A stretch of DNA of 64,000 bases from Camelus dromedarius (taxonomy: Eukaryota), in contig NC_087437.1 of the NCBI RefSeq assembly GCF_036321535.1, positions 28,460,001 to 28,524,000 of the forward strand. Reading direction: 5' to 3'. Made by a program: the position numbers and the translations under genes. The notes beneath the pieces are model-generated. The model made no database searches, was not told where the DNA came from, and saw nothing but the letters and a program-made list of their open reading frames with translations. This document shows positions 12,188 to 24,296 of this stretch, one piece after another; within the stretch, counting starts at the first letter, position 1, and each line of letters begins with the position of its first letter.

Positions 12188-13271
12188 GGAAGTAGTATTA
12201 AGTCTGCTTTGCTAGCCCATTATCAGGAAATTTGTTGAAAGGAGACAAAAAATAAGCCTTTAATTGTGGTATCTGGTAACTCGGAGGATTAAGCTAAATT
12301 TAACTTTGAAGATCAAAATTGATATTTGTATTATGTCCATTGAAAGAATAGTTGCATTTTTGACTTCAGGAAATAGTTTAATCTGAATAGCACAAAAGTT
12401 GACAAAAAGTAAGTTCATCCATAAATGCTGACTGTTTCAATCAGTTAAAAATGGAAGGCTAGCATCAAGGATACAGTAGTAAAATCCTGAAAGGAGTTGG
12501 TGAAAAGTAAGTGTTATGCAACACGAAAAGAATACCAGGGGAGAAATTGACAAGAGTAGAATAACAGGAAGATTAGTCATTTCTGGAAGGAAAAAAAAAA
12601 GGTGGGGAGCAGGGAAAGAAATGTTTTAAACAGGAAGGTGGAACTGGAAGTGCCAGTACTGAACGACAGACATGAGCTCATTTAGGGTGAAACTGGGCTT
12701 TAGAAAAGGAATAATACTGGTTGCATTCAATTGTAATGTATATAGTTTATGTTAACCCCCAACAAACACAAAAATGGGGACATTTTTCTGTTAGGGATTA
12801 GAGAACACTGGAGAAAATAAAAGAATGATGTTTACTCCTCAGCTGAACTGACTTGGCTTAGGTCAGACAGTAATGTCAGAGTGCATGAAGAAAATGGATT
12901 TCTTTGAAAACAAACAAACATTCTACTATTTTCAAGTGTTGGAGAAAGTAAAAGCATTCTGGACATCTTAAAATATGTATGCTATTTGCTTTGAAAATAA
13001 TTTTCACTTGCATACTATCTGACAACTGAAGGAGTAACAATTTCCAAATACACTGAGAATTATTTGTATAAATTCTCAAAAATAAAAGTTACAATTCTCT
13101 ATGTATCATATAAAATATATATAACAGTCCCTATAACAGAAAACAAGAAAGTTAACACGGGTGTGTGTTTGTGTATGTGTGTATGTATGTGTGTGTTGGT
13201 GGAATCTCATTAGTCCTTAGTTTCCACCCAAGATACTAGAGGTATTCATGGAACAGATTTTGCTGGACACG

Positions 13272-13362
13272 TTGTCCAGCCTCTCTGAGTGTTCTCATCT
13301 GTCAAAGGGGAGTAATAACATACCTGCATCAAAGTTGTGTAATGAGGATTAAATGAACTAGT
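13272..13362 (+). mobile_element. MIR core fragment
   Basis: cctctctgagtgttctcatctgtcaaaggggagtaataacatacctgc...gaggattaaatgaa. Confidence 0.75.
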
Positions 13363-14084
13363 AGACACAGACATGGAAGTGGCTTTTTTTTTTTTAATTT
13401 ACAATCCTGTATCCAGATATTGAACACAGGCTTGTATGATGCATTTCCAGCTAACCAACTAACATGTGGGAAGATGGACAGTTGCAGTAGAAGCTCTTAC
13501 TGATTGATGCCTTTATACTTAAAATGTTGTGTGATAGGTTACATATGTATCCATAATTGGTAAATATAAAACTTAACTTCAGTTGGCCATTCCTTAGTAA
13601 CTTCCGTAAATAATAAATTACATAAAATGTATTTTAAAGAAAGAAGTTATCTCTAAGGTTTTATGAGCATGACATAAGAACAAAATCTGCTTATTCTCCT
13701 ATTGGAAAAAAAATGCTATTATTTAAACACAGAAAATGGCTTATGTATATGGAAATAAAGATATCAAATTAATCTCATGTAGAGACCCAAGACTTCTATT
13801 ATTTTATGCAACTACATGGGACATATTCTGTATCACTGAATTCATAGAAACATAATATGCCATCAGGTAAGCATTTCCTGTTGATGTTACGATAAATGGT
13901 AATACATTCATGGCTCATGTGCACATACTTCCTGAGATAAATTCTAATTCCAGCACAAAATAACCAGTTTGCATGTACACCAAATACTGCTAAAAAGTTC
14001 TCTTTCTTCCTGTCTGTTCTCTCCCTTTCTCTCTCCCCTCTCTCTCCGCCTTACCACCTTTACCCACACAAAGGTAGAAACTCT

Positions 14085-14119
14085 TACACACACATGCACG
14101 CACGCACGCACACACACAC
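14085..14119. repeat. Imperfect (CA)n/(CACG)n microsatellite preceded by a CT-rich tract (about 13998-14050)
   Basis: acacacacatgcacgcacgcacgcacacacacac. Confidence 0.8.
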
Positions 14120-16049
14120 CCTGCCTCCCAGGCATAACTGCATAGGAAATGTTTATTTTCCAAACTACAAAAAACAAACCTTATCTCAAACACTGAAAGT
14201 CCTTCCTTTTCCTGGTTTGGAAACACTAAGTCATACTTGCATATTTTCTTTAGCCAGCATTTAAGTTTACTTAAAGCATAAAGTTGTGAGGACAAAATGA
14301 CTCAGAAATTTGTAATGCACAATTAGACCTTTTCGCTTGTAGGTCACCAGTTCATATCTAGCTGACTTGGTGTTAGTTGAGGATTGTTTACAGTTGGTGT
14401 GTGTTGTTCAGTTTCCAGCAGAGGCTGGGAAGCTCACTGCAGCTCCTTCTGTTCTGATCTGTATACGAGTTAGAGTTGGTGCGTATAAATACACTTCTTT
14501 GCAGATAAAGCCAAGTTCAAGGAATTGAATTAAACAGAGTAAACCTAGCAGGAGTTGATGGATAAAAAGCTGTTCATTTATTCATGTACAAACATAGCTT
14601 CTATTGATTGATATCTTTCAAAAAGTAAAGTGTGTTAAAATGATCAGAAATATATTTGTATGTTTTTAATTGCAGCAAGAAGTAAGGACTGTAACTGAAA
14701 AATAAGTTGAACAGTCAGAATATTTATATTTACATATATATATATATATATAATTTGAATGATTACATAAGTGAGTTATGATCTTTCTAGTCTAACACTT
14801 AGTAGTGCCAAGGTCATAAAATGATTTGTTATGCTCTGTCTTATGTAAAAGCCTATGGAGTTACTTTGTTTTTCTCACCTAAAAGATGCCAGGATATAGT
14901 TTTGAAAAATTCTTGAGTAACTTTTGTGTTAATTCAGTGTTAATGTTGGAGACTGAGATAAATTTAAATCTTATCAGCCGAAGAGTAAACCAAGCTTATG
15001 TGGGTACAGCATGTAATCCCCTACCCAAGGAATTCTGCAGAGAAGGTGTTGTCTAGAAGGAGGGTAAAGTATTGCCATCTTCTTTCTATGGAAACTTGAT
15101 TGTGACAATAATTGAGTAAAAAGACTAATGCATGAGCTCATGATACGCCACGTGGGCCCGTTAGCCTCTCCCTGCTAAATGCCACCAAGTGGCTGCATTT
15201 CTCACAGCTGGTGGCTAAATTCTGACAGAGGGTAGACACCTTTAGTATAGCTGTATTTTCTGTCTGAAGTTTTCATGAATTCTTATGGTAATTTATATCA
15301 GGTTAAAGCCAAAAAAAAAGCTAAAACTGGCCAGAATTCGTCCAGGGAGTTAGGCTTGCTGCCAAATTAAAGAGCTAGATTGGTCTCAGTATTTTTCATT
15401 GGTTTCTCAGACTTTCATTTGGGGCCCTCAGTGCTTGACTGGAGCTGTCTGACATCCCCCAGATGATTTTATGTCCTCAGGAGCTAATTCAACGAAGGTC
15501 ATTTCAGCTGCTGAATATTCAAGGAAGTATCTTGGTCCAAGATTGGTTTCAGCCAGTATCTCAAGGGATGAACCTTGGATTTCTGAAGCTTCCTCTAAGC
15601 TCACAATTTCTGTTCTTGGCTCTGCACATAATTACATTTATTTGCCAATCATGGGAACAAAATATAAATATGACTGTCAGCAATGGTAATCCCCCAAAAC
15701 AGAATGCCTGACAGGGTGATGATGATAATGTTGCTGTCCTGTTAGTGCCTCTGAAGATATGATACACTGGAAAAAATGGTGAAAACAGAATTTGCCCTTG
15801 ACTTTTTAAAAATCTGAGAATCACATAAAGCATTTGTTAGTTCCTTAAGTTAGTGAGCATCATTAAGAAAGACAGACATAGAGTTGTGTGTTACCTAAGC
15901 TTATGAACTTCTTTATACATACTAAGTTTTTGAAAAAGGCAGGAATAGCAGGTTCTCTTCCTACCGGGGTTTTGGCCAGACCTGACATTTCTTACTCCCT
16001 TTCTTTGGGAGTATAACCTGCCATCAGCTTTTAAGAGGCAGGAGAGGGT

Positions 16050-16275
16050 AAGCGTAGGCACAGAACCACAGCTTCAGGAGCTGCATTCCCTGGATCCAGA
16101 GTTTACATTTGCTGCTTAGTAGTTGTATGACCTTTGGCAACTTAAGATTCGTACCCCACTAAATAGGAACATATTTACCTCATTGGGTTGTTTTGACTCT
16201 TGAAGAAATTAATACTTTTAAAGGAATAATGGAATTTTAGGGCACACAGTAAGTGGCTGTACACATATTAACTGT
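16050..16275 (+). mobile_element. Degenerate MIR SINE
   Basis: gcttagtagttgtatgacctttggcaac...tacctcattgggttgtt...ggcacacagtaagtg. Confidence 0.6.
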
Positions 16276-16337
16276 GTACTGTTTGCAATAGACAAATAAA
16301 TGAAAACTAGAACCAGTGCTGCAGTTTTCATGAAACG

Positions 16338-16568
16338 TATAAGAACTCCAGCTCTGGAACTGTGCAGCCTGGGTTCAGATCACCTTCGAGCTCTGTAACC
16401 TTAAACGCGTGATATAACTGACTGAGCCTTGGTTTTCTCACTTGCAAAATGGGGCAGAAATAAAACCTGACCCTCGGTTGCTGTGAAGATTAACGAGGAT
16501 AACACATGTAAAGTTCTGCGTGCCTGGCACTTCTCAAGTGTGGGATATGCGGTAGCTATTGTTGTGAT
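16338..16568 (+). mobile_element. MIR SINE
   Basis: gctctggaactgtgcagcctgggttcaga...ctgagccttggttttctcacttgcaaaatgggg...gttgctgtgaagattaacgaggataacacatgtaaag...gtgcctggcac. Confidence 0.85.
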
Positions 16569-17379
16569 TTTTGCTTTGATTATGAAATGAACACACGACG
16601 TATTAATACACGAGAAACATACTCAGAATCTGTGCGTGTAGGGTTTCAGTTTTGCTAATGAGAATTATTACTTCTACTGTACAGAGAACACATGCTTGGT
16701 GTTTATAATTCCTTTCTAATAAGTAATGATATTTACTTATTAGGAAAATAATAATTTTTCACTTATCCTTTGTTGGACTATTTAGATTTTATAAAAATCT
16801 CTAGTTGTTTTTTGTTGTTGTTGTTTTTGTTTTTTGTCTATGGGATTTGAGCTCTACATAAGTGAGTTAAGTAAATGCTTTGTTAGTGATGTTACCTAGC
16901 TCTGTTGTCCAGCCGTAACCTAGCCACTCATTAATTGAACACTTAATGAAAGAAAAGCAACTCATCAGTAACATCAAAATGAGAATGGAAGATAGAAGTA
17001 AAGAAGACATTGCTTCTGTAAAATAAAGTTCACGAGATCTGGTATTTCCCCATCTGTTGCGAGTGTGGTAAAGATTATGAAAACATTAGCATTTGTAAAA
17101 AGTGATTCTATGCCAGGAAGGCAGATAGAATATTACGAAGGAAATGACCAGAATTTTATGATGGCATTTATTTCATATGGTAACATCCTTTCTTTCATTA
17201 ACAGGAAATCTTAGGGCAGTCTACCTGCTTATTAGGAGGTAGGGTAAATGAAAATTTTAAAAGGGTTCTCCAAAGCTTCCTTATGATACAGGAAATCTTT
17301 AAGAATGTGTCTTCCATAGAATTAGAAACTTAGAATTTCATAGTAACAGTATATTTATCACCTTGTTTGGGGAGCAGAT

Positions 17380-17900
17380 TAAACATGATCACAGGAAAAC
17401 ACCTGTTTTGACACTCTGTGGGGAAGGTGCAAACATACGGCAAACTCTGTCTAGGTGTAGAGTAAACGAGTGCTTTGGCTAGCATCCTGCAAGGAGTTGG
17501 GTCTAAACGGTCTGCTCCAGCTTCTGCCGCTGCTGCTGCTGCTAATATTGCTGGGAAGGAAAAGTGGCTGACCTGGCATATCCTTTACTCTCGGTGCTGC
17601 AGCAGTCACTCAGGAAATGTTGTTTAAGGGGAACCTTCTGGATCCTTTTCATGGCACCATGGCAAGAAGAAGCCGTAACTTTTCTATTGAAGATAAAGCA
17701 TGGAGTTGGCTAATGGATGCTGGTGAGTGAATAAGGCAAATGGGGAGCCAGTTTACTGAGATACCTTTCGGGCAGGCCACTCTCTCAGGGGCCGAGATGG
17801 CGTCCATGGGAAGATGGTGTTCGATAATCTGAATGCCAGAACGTCGTTTTAGAGAGGAATCACGGTTTTAACACTAGCGACCTGATCCGGGATCCCGCAG
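17380..17900 (+). promoter_or_regulatory. Candidate alternative promoter / first-exon region
   Basis: Repeat-free and GC-elevated; (CTG)n tract near 17524-17542; strong donor at 17723; local CpG cluster and YY1-like GAGATGGCG just downstream (about 17794-17802); no convincing upstream acceptor seen. Confidence 0.5.
17617..17722 (+). CDS. Candidate coding (or uORF) part of an alternative first exon: MLFKGNLLDPFHGTMARRSRNFSIEDKAWSWLMDA, phase-1 donor
   Basis: ATG at 17617 and in-frame GGCACCATGG (ATG 17659); open frame to CTG|GTGAGT at 17722/17723. Peptide not recognised. Confidence 0.4.
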
Positions 17901-20900
17901 ATGTTCCATAAATACAGCTCATATTTAGTCCCAGCTTTACTACTTGAAGATACTAATCCTGAAGTTTGTTGGATACCCAAGAATATGGAGCACAATTTCC
18001 CATGTAATTTCTCAGGCACTATTTAATCTTCACTCTTGTTTTTCACTTCACCCACAGTGATTAAAAAAAAAAAAATGACCTTCTAGTGTACGAAAGCAGG
18101 TATTTTTCCTTTCAATTCCAAATCAGCCCTTCCTTTTCTTACCACAATAGAGTTTTAAGTTAAGAGATTATTTAATACACATAATTCTTGCCAGGAGGAT
18201 TCTTTTCAATTCAAGATAATTATGTAAGCAAATTGGAAAGATACTGATTACATTAGTCAGATAGTTACCCAGGATGAATCTTTGGCATTAGCAATAAAGA
18301 AACTTCATTGCTGATATATTTATCTACCAATACAAGGTAGTTTCCTTGAGCAAGTTTCTTTATTGGTAAAATGAGTAATTTGAACGAGCTGCCCCGGGTC
18401 TTCTCACTCTAAAATTTCTGTTCCCGAAAGCAGAGGCCATTTTTGATAAGCCTGCAGTGAGAATTGAAATACATACATATCTCTTCCACCTTATAATTTA
18501 TAACAGATATGAATATGTGCCTATCAATTGTTTATCTGTGTCTTCTGTTAAAAGATTGGAAGGTACAGAAATACCAAGTTGTCCGTAGAAGTGTAGACCA
18601 AATTTTTCTACAATAATTAATTTATGAGTAATAGGGGTTCCATAAGAAAGGTTGACAATCGAGTTTAGGAATTTACAGAACAATAATAAAGGCTCTGACA
18701 AGTCATGTAGGAAGACACCTGTTCAATTTTAATATTTAAAAAACTATTTGACCATGACCCCTCCTCCCACCTACCCCTCCATGCTTCTTGAGAAGTTCCT
18801 TCTCACATGTGGCACCACCATTCAGCCAGTTAATATATACTGAACACATACTATGTTGCCAGGAGGACTAGATGCAGGGATACTGTTGTGAGCACCTTTG
18901 TCAAAAATTTCTCCCATTCTGATTCTTAACAACAGGGAAGCACCAGTTCAGATTATCTAATTTTATTACTTTAGTAAGATACTTCAGTAGCAATATAATG
19001 TTTATTTTTAAAAAACCAGTACTGATTTTCCTATCTTCACTGAGTATAATTCTGACATGCCATACAATCTGAAGAACTTTATAATTGAATGGACCTCCAC
19101 CATTTCACACTGGCAGCATTTATTCAGTTCCTTATCTTCTCGTCCACATTTTTTGTTTGTTTTAGTTTTTGTTGTTTAGATTGTTGAAACAGATTTTCAT
19201 GAGTGGGATTATGAATATAAGTCAGAAAGGCAAACTATAGTTGATTTTTTACATCTAATTTAAAGTCAGACTTAACTACATTAAAAAAAAAAGGTCAGTT
19301 TCCATTTGGCTTCTATAGAACATGGTGCTCACTCAGTCTTACTGAAACTGATCATACTGATACGATGATGTTTAAAAAAATTAAGTTTTGGTTCAAACCA
19401 ACATCTACACTTAGGCAGTTTATACAATGGAAGTATTTTTAAAGGGAAATTCAGATTCGTCTTCCTCTTCACTTACAAAACCTCACTTTTCAAATTTAAA
19501 ATACTGGCTGCCTAGACAGTACTTACTATTTTGTAGTATGAGTTATTTTATTTTATAAAAATGTCTGACCCTTGGTGACTTACTGAGTTGTCCAAGCCAG
19601 AACTACTTTCATTATACATGTTATTAACATAATATGTATGTATATAATGTAAAATAACCACATATATATGAGGTGAAGGATAGAAGTCAGCCTTTCCCAA
19701 CACAGATTATTTGAGCTATTTGACACTAAGTAAAATAGATTATTATTACTCTTCTAGTTAATTTGGATTTAAGTACATATATATATATATAAAAATAAAT
19801 AAATATCTGAAGTCAAGCATTACACATACAGAACTGCTATTAGACAGTAGAGTTTCATTTCATTTCATTCTAAAACAAGTATAAAATACTACACATGATT
19901 AATTTGCTTCTAGTATTACAAAAGTGACAGTTCCTAAATGAGCATTTTTATTTTGATACACATTAGGGATTATTAAATTTCTGTCAGAGTTTATATTTAG
20001 TCTCTGGCTTGATTTTATGCAGCTCATTAAAGCAAAATTATCTTAGGGTCTGTCTCTTATAGTTGTTTAATGTTTAGTACTCGGCTTCTCAGGATGTGTT
20101 CCCGAGGGCTTGTGAGCTGGTGAAGAGCTGTGAATAGTGGTTAACAAGCTGTAAGCATAACCATGGAAAGGAGTGCAGGATGGAGTCCAGGTTTAGGAGA
20201 ATCTTAGTGAGTAGCTATCTGACAGGGCATAGAAACCTACTAAGTTAATCCTCTTTTCCTTTCTCTCTCCTCTTTTCTTCTCTTTTCTTTTTTCCATTCC
20301 TCCCTCTGCTCATCTCTGAACACACTTTGTCCATTTACTTCTTTTCATATTCTTCTTTTCTTACTGAATTCCTTCAGTCTGTGTCATCTGATCTTAGTAG
20401 GAAGTGATGTATTTGATAAAACATTTCTTGTATTTAAAAAGCAATTTTAATTATTTCTTCATTTAAAAATCAGCATAGTTTAACCTTTTCTCTGTCTGTT
20501 CATTTTCTCCTCCCATAGTGGACAACTTTGCCTTTTAATCTCTGTTGCCTTGTGGATCATCACCGGTGACTTTTTGTATTTGTAAATTTCCTTATCCTAA
20601 TATAAATGTCATAATGATGGGACTTAGGAATTTTATGCTACTTAATAGATTTTTAACCTCAAATCCAGTAGGCGTACTATAATATGTCTTCCTCTACTTT
20701 TCTTTCTAGAACTAGAGCTCCATATGCCCCCTCAACGGTGTTTTTGGCTTTCTTATGGGATGCTAGAATGGCCTATCTCCATGTATTTTGTTGCATTTCG
20801 CCATTGCTTCTTGTGTTCTGGTGGGGAATTTTGGTGATTCTTTTCAAGCGCTACCTGAGCTCTGTGCTAGTTGTACCCATTCCCTCGTTCCCTTAGGGTC

Positions 20901-21068
20901 TTGTGCTCTGTGGTCATGTCTCCACTTCCTCAGCCCTGTCCATTGACAGACCCTTGAGTTCCCTGATGGCTGCCTCTAAACCCTTGTGAGGGCGGGAACA
21001 TTCCTCCCCCTGCTGCTACGATTGAGCCCTGTGCTGGGTACCACGTTGCCTTCTACACTTGCTTTCAG

Positions 21069-21274
21069 TTGTTAAGGCTTACCAAGCTTTGGCTGTGGCT
21101 CAGTGATCCTGCTGTCAAAACCCTGAAGCTCTCCTGGCCTCGACACTCAGTGGTAGCAGCAGGTGTTGGGATTTCTCCAAGCCCCTAAGACCCTGGGAGC
21201 AAGAGAATGGCCGTTTGACATAGACCTCAGGAGTTTTCCAAGCACCAAGAAACCTCTCCAGAAGATATGTGAAG
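21069..21274 (+). other. Candidate non-coding (5' UTR-type) exon, 206 nt
   Basis: Acceptor ccttctacacttgctttcAG ending 21068; donor AAG|GTAAGA at 21274/21275; GC box GGGCGG at 20990-20995; only very short ATG-initiated frames. Confidence 0.5.
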
Positions 21275-21647
21275 GTAAGATTCTGATTTCTCTAGGAAGC
21301 TGTTCTAGAAGCTAAAAAAGCCTAAAGCCATTAACTGAATGTAGACTCAGTGGCTAGAGTGTCCTTGGGCAGCTGTGATGGTACAGCCAAACCTGAGCCT
21401 TAGATTGAGGAACTGCCTATTAAAATGCTTCTTTTAGGAATTTGGTGTGCCATTCACATTTCTATTTGATTTTATTTAGATTAACCTTGGCACTGAATAG
21501 ATTTTTTAAAATATTTTTTCCCACCCTTTGAATTGGAATTCGTGAAGCATCTTTTTGCTCTGTGTATCTTGTAAGAAGAATCTTGTTGAGAATTAAAGCA
21601 GTTAAAGATAAAAGAAATTACTTAATTTTCCAAATGCCTGTATTTTA

Positions 21648-21790
21648 ATTAATTAAAATTTAGTTAATTAATTTGGGGGTAATTAGGTTTATTTATTTAT
21701 TTATTTTTAGTAGAGGTACCGGGGATTGAACCCAGGACCTCATGCATGCTAAGCATGTACTGTACCACTGGACTATACCTCTCCTGCCAG
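21648..21790 (-). mobile_element. tRNA-Ala-derived camelid SINE (Vic-1 type) with 15-bp TSD
   Basis: ggggattgaacccaggacctcatgcatgctaagcatg...ccactggactatacc; TSD aatgcctgtatttta (21633-21647) / aatacctgtatttta (21791-21805). Confidence 0.92.
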
Positions 21791-23254
21791 AATACCTGTA
21801 TTTTATTTGCCTCTCCATTAATGTTTCCAGCCAGAAACATGAAATGATTTTATGCTCAAATTCTTCAAACTCACATTCCTGAGTCCGTAATTAATTAAGA
21901 GGGAGTGGGAAGAGGAGCTCAGATCCTGGTTGTGCTGGGCTGCATTGTTGTTCTGTGTCAGAAATTACCGCGTAGCATTCCACATATAGCAGTCTCTTTT
22001 TTTAGGGCTTTATTTTCAGGGTTTTTTTTTAAAAGGGGATTATTCCCCTGCCCCTATTTCTTGGGGATAAAAAATGACTCCATTTGGGTGTAAAATCCTG
22101 GATGAAGGATAGATATGGGGTGTTGGCGTGTGTGTGTGTGAGGTGTGGGAGAGAGAAGGCAGGAGCATCTTGGAGTGAACGACACAAATCATCTCTTCAG
22201 CCTTACGGCTTTTGCGGCAACCGTTACTTATAACCTTTATTCTTTACTCTGCCTCCATTCATAGACATGATTCCGCGAAGTGATACTAAGACACCTCTTC
22301 TAAAACGAGATCTTTGGCGGCCTTACTATCAATTCAGGTCTTCTTTATTCCTCCCTTGTTTTCTTTTCAGAATGGACTTAATCTCTTAATCGGTTCCGTA
22401 GCGTTGGAGCCAAGGCTGTTAGCTTACTGTCACGTTGGAGCTCTCTCTCAATAACCAAGACTGTAACAGGTTTGAAAAATGAAAAAGAAGAACGTCGACT
22501 AAGAGCTGTACAAAATGAAAAATAAAATTCATCTTTGATAGTGCTCATTTAGCATACTTATTTTTAAAACTAAAAGATGTTTGACAAAATATTTTATTTG
22601 CGCTTGAAAATACCCAAGTTTTATTCTGTCTAGTCCTCAAAGCATAAGTAAATGGAATGTTTTGCAGTCTTTCTAGTGCACTAAATTGAGTAATTGATTT
22701 CATATGTAAAAACAGAAAGGGCAAATTTTAATGCCTTGATTCTTAACATTTATAACTAGTTTACAATTTTAAAAGTTGTATGGCACAGTCTCAAGCTAGG
22801 AGTTTACATTATTCTCAAGTTGGTTTGTAGATTGCATTTTCCCTTTAATATTTAGCTTGAGTTCTCATATTCCCCAGGGATAAGAAATGAAACAGAACAT
22901 ATATGTTTATATATAATATTTTTAAATGATTTAAATCAATATTAAGATAGAGTGATAGATTGAACTTATTATGGACATTTAGAAATTTATCTTACACTCT
23001 AAAATTACTTTAAAAATATTTGTCATGGAATATAATGAATTAGTGGGTTTTGTTGAATTTCATGTTTTATGGGCAAAGTAACTTCATGTTAAGCAGAACA
23101 GTACAGTAATATTTAGAGTTCAGTGATTTTGTTTTTTTTTAGGATGTGCAGAAGAGGTACACGATATCATAAAACAGCGCTACCATAAAGACCTTAGCAA
23201 CTAGCTGAATAGAATAAATAAATAATATTAAATAATGAGTAAATAGTAGAATGA

Positions 23255-23370
23255 CTTTTTCACAGGTGAGGAAACAGGAGACCTGATCGATAAGTCACAA
23301 TTTCTTAAGCCCAGGACCAAGACTAGAATCCAAGTCACTCAATTCTAACCCAGTGCACTTATCTCCATGT
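23255..23370 (-). mobile_element. MIR fragment
   Basis: ttttcacaggtgaggaaacaggag...gactagaatccaagtc...ccagtgc. Confidence 0.65.
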
Positions 23371-23797
23371 GCTGCTGTTTATTAAAGTTGCAGTACATAC
23401 GAGAGCTGTTCAGACTAGGGGGCTATGAGCAGAATACTTGTAATAGACATTGGAAAGTGTCAAATGTAAGCCTTTTATGATATATTTCCTTTGTTATAAC
23501 AAATAAATCACAGTTCCCAGCCTCATTAGACATCCCCATGTAGGAAGAAAGAAAAAAGCAGAGCCGCACTTGGTTGGAGCAACTCAAAGAGAGGACAGGT
23601 CTAGGGGTGATCCGAGATGCTGACCTTTTTGCTCCTTTAGGAGAGTGTTACACTTCAAAAATGAAACATTCCTGTATGTTATTCATTCTGTTGTATGGAA
23701 GTTAAAGCTTGCTGAATTAGAATTACTCAAAATTAAGACGGTGTCTCTCGTTAATTGTAATCTATTGATTACCTGCTACCTCCAGTGCCATTACAAA

Positions 23798-23958
23798 TAA
23801 TTATCTCATTTGTTCTTCGCAAAAACAGCTGGAGGTATGTAGTGGTATTATTTTACCTTTACAAATGAGGAGACTGAGGCCAAAAGAAGTGGAATCACCT
23901 GCCCAAGGTATCACAGCTGGAGCCAGAGATTCCAACCCAGGATATACGGCCCCAGTGT
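23798..23958 (-). mobile_element. MIR SINE
   Basis: attatctcatttgttcttc...tttacaaatgaggagactgaggc...cctgcccaaggtatcacagctggagccagagattccaacccag. Confidence 0.85.
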
Positions 23959-24089
23959 TTGTACACAGAGTTCCTGCTATTTGTAAGTTCCGGCAGCAAA
24001 TGCTAGTTCCCAAATTCAGTCCTACGCCTTTACATAACCTGGTGTCATCAAGGTGCTCCCACCTAAACCTCCCAACTCGGTCTGGGCCG

Positions 24090-24296
24090 TTCATCACTGG
24101 CTCTCTGACCTTGGAAAGGTTACCTACTACACTCTCTCAGTTATTGTCCCACTCACTCTGAAAGAGGAGTAATAGCATCTCCTTGTCTTCTTATGAAGAT
24201 GTAATTTAATTTGATTTAATGAGACCAGGTGTGCCAAGCCCTTAGCGGTGGCTAGCGTATAGAAAACAGCCAGTAAATTGTTGATGTGGCTATTAT
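24090..24296 (+). mobile_element. MIR SINE
   Basis: ctggctctctgaccttggaaaggttac...gtaatagcatct...taatgagac...cttagcggtggctagcgtatag. Confidence 0.65.

Noticed and set aside
11591..12215. ORFs of 116, 68 and 97 aa
   Set aside because: They lie in the non-coding L1MC 3' UTR; such repeat-derived translations are spurious.
6856..12784. Shared 14-mer AAAAATGGGGACAT near 6856 and 12770
   Set aside because: Low complexity, with no extended similarity in the flanks.
20684..20896. Hydrophobic 70-aa ORF resembling a small membrane protein
   Set aside because: T-rich DNA readily gives hydrophobic translations; no independent support, although it is next to the candidate exon.
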